DNA from: Dehalococcoidales bacterium
GTDB taxonomy: Bacteria > Chloroflexota > Dehalococcoidia > Dehalococcoidales > RBG-16-60-22
NCBI GenBank assembly: GCA_034434915.1
Contig: DAOTYE010000023.1
Span: 42-64,041, forward strand
Direction: 5' to 3'
DNA: 64,000 bases
Positions 63,973-64,000 of the stretch are shown here, piece by piece. Each line of letters starts with the position of its first letter. The first letter of the stretch is position 1. Below the pieces are notes generated by a model, which ran no database searches, was not told where the DNA came from, and saw only the letters and a program-made list of their open reading frames with translations. A program made the position numbers and the translations under genes.

Positions 63973-64000
63973 TGTCATGTTAACATTTGTCATGTTAACA
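63973..64000. repeat. 13-nt direct repeat at window edge
   Basis: TGTCATGTTAACA occurs at 63973-63985 and again at 63988-64000. Each copy contains the GTTAAC palindrome. The feature is cut by the end of the window. Confidence 0.5.

Overview
This is a densely coded chromosomal window with about 67 protein genes, 6 tRNAs, no rRNA, no CRISPR array and no intact mobile element. Most of it is core metabolism and housekeeping of an anaerobe.

Recognisable housekeeping and metabolic genes:
- Minus strand: ilvC, the dprA-topA-xerC block and an ackA-xfp-tal phosphoketolase operon.
- Plus strand: aspS, tig-clpP, a four-subunit pyruvate:ferredoxin oxidoreductase (porGDAB), ftsA-ftsZ, rlmN and treZ.
- Also an Fe/Mn superoxide dismutase, a Rieske protein, a universal stress protein and an M50 protease.

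Gene content and style hint at a Chloroflexota/Dehalococcoidia-like anaerobe. The hints are the 4-subunit PFOR, the archaeal-type COG1900/NIL-ferredoxin/COG2122 homocysteine genes, ftsAZ without neighbouring ftsQ/mur genes, and CARDB-type surface proteins. I cannot verify this lineage without a database search.

Most interesting items:
1. A ~704-aa transaldolase-fold paralogue. It keeps the Schiff-base Lys, has Gln at the catalytic Glu position, and carries large extensions I cannot assign.
2. A tRNA-bracketed cassette: MFS transporter, corrinoid protein, URO-D-like methyltransferase, HpcH aldolase, cyclophilin-like protein and ArsB/NhaD-type permease.
3. The COG1900/NIL-Fd/COG2122 sulfur-incorporation operon. 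It lies convergent to a Zn-ribbon/DsrE-like/TusA trio and two tandem fold-type III PLP enzymes.
4. A two-gene surface-protein operon.
5. A family of short hairpin repeats with compensatory stem changes, plus a GTCGTC-hairpin array upstream of aspS.
6. At the 3' edge, a phased GAAA-N-TTTC / GGCGCAA motif array followed by an AT-rich, ORF-poor block that looks like the start of foreign or decayed DNA.

All functional calls come from motif recognition by eye. No searches were run.
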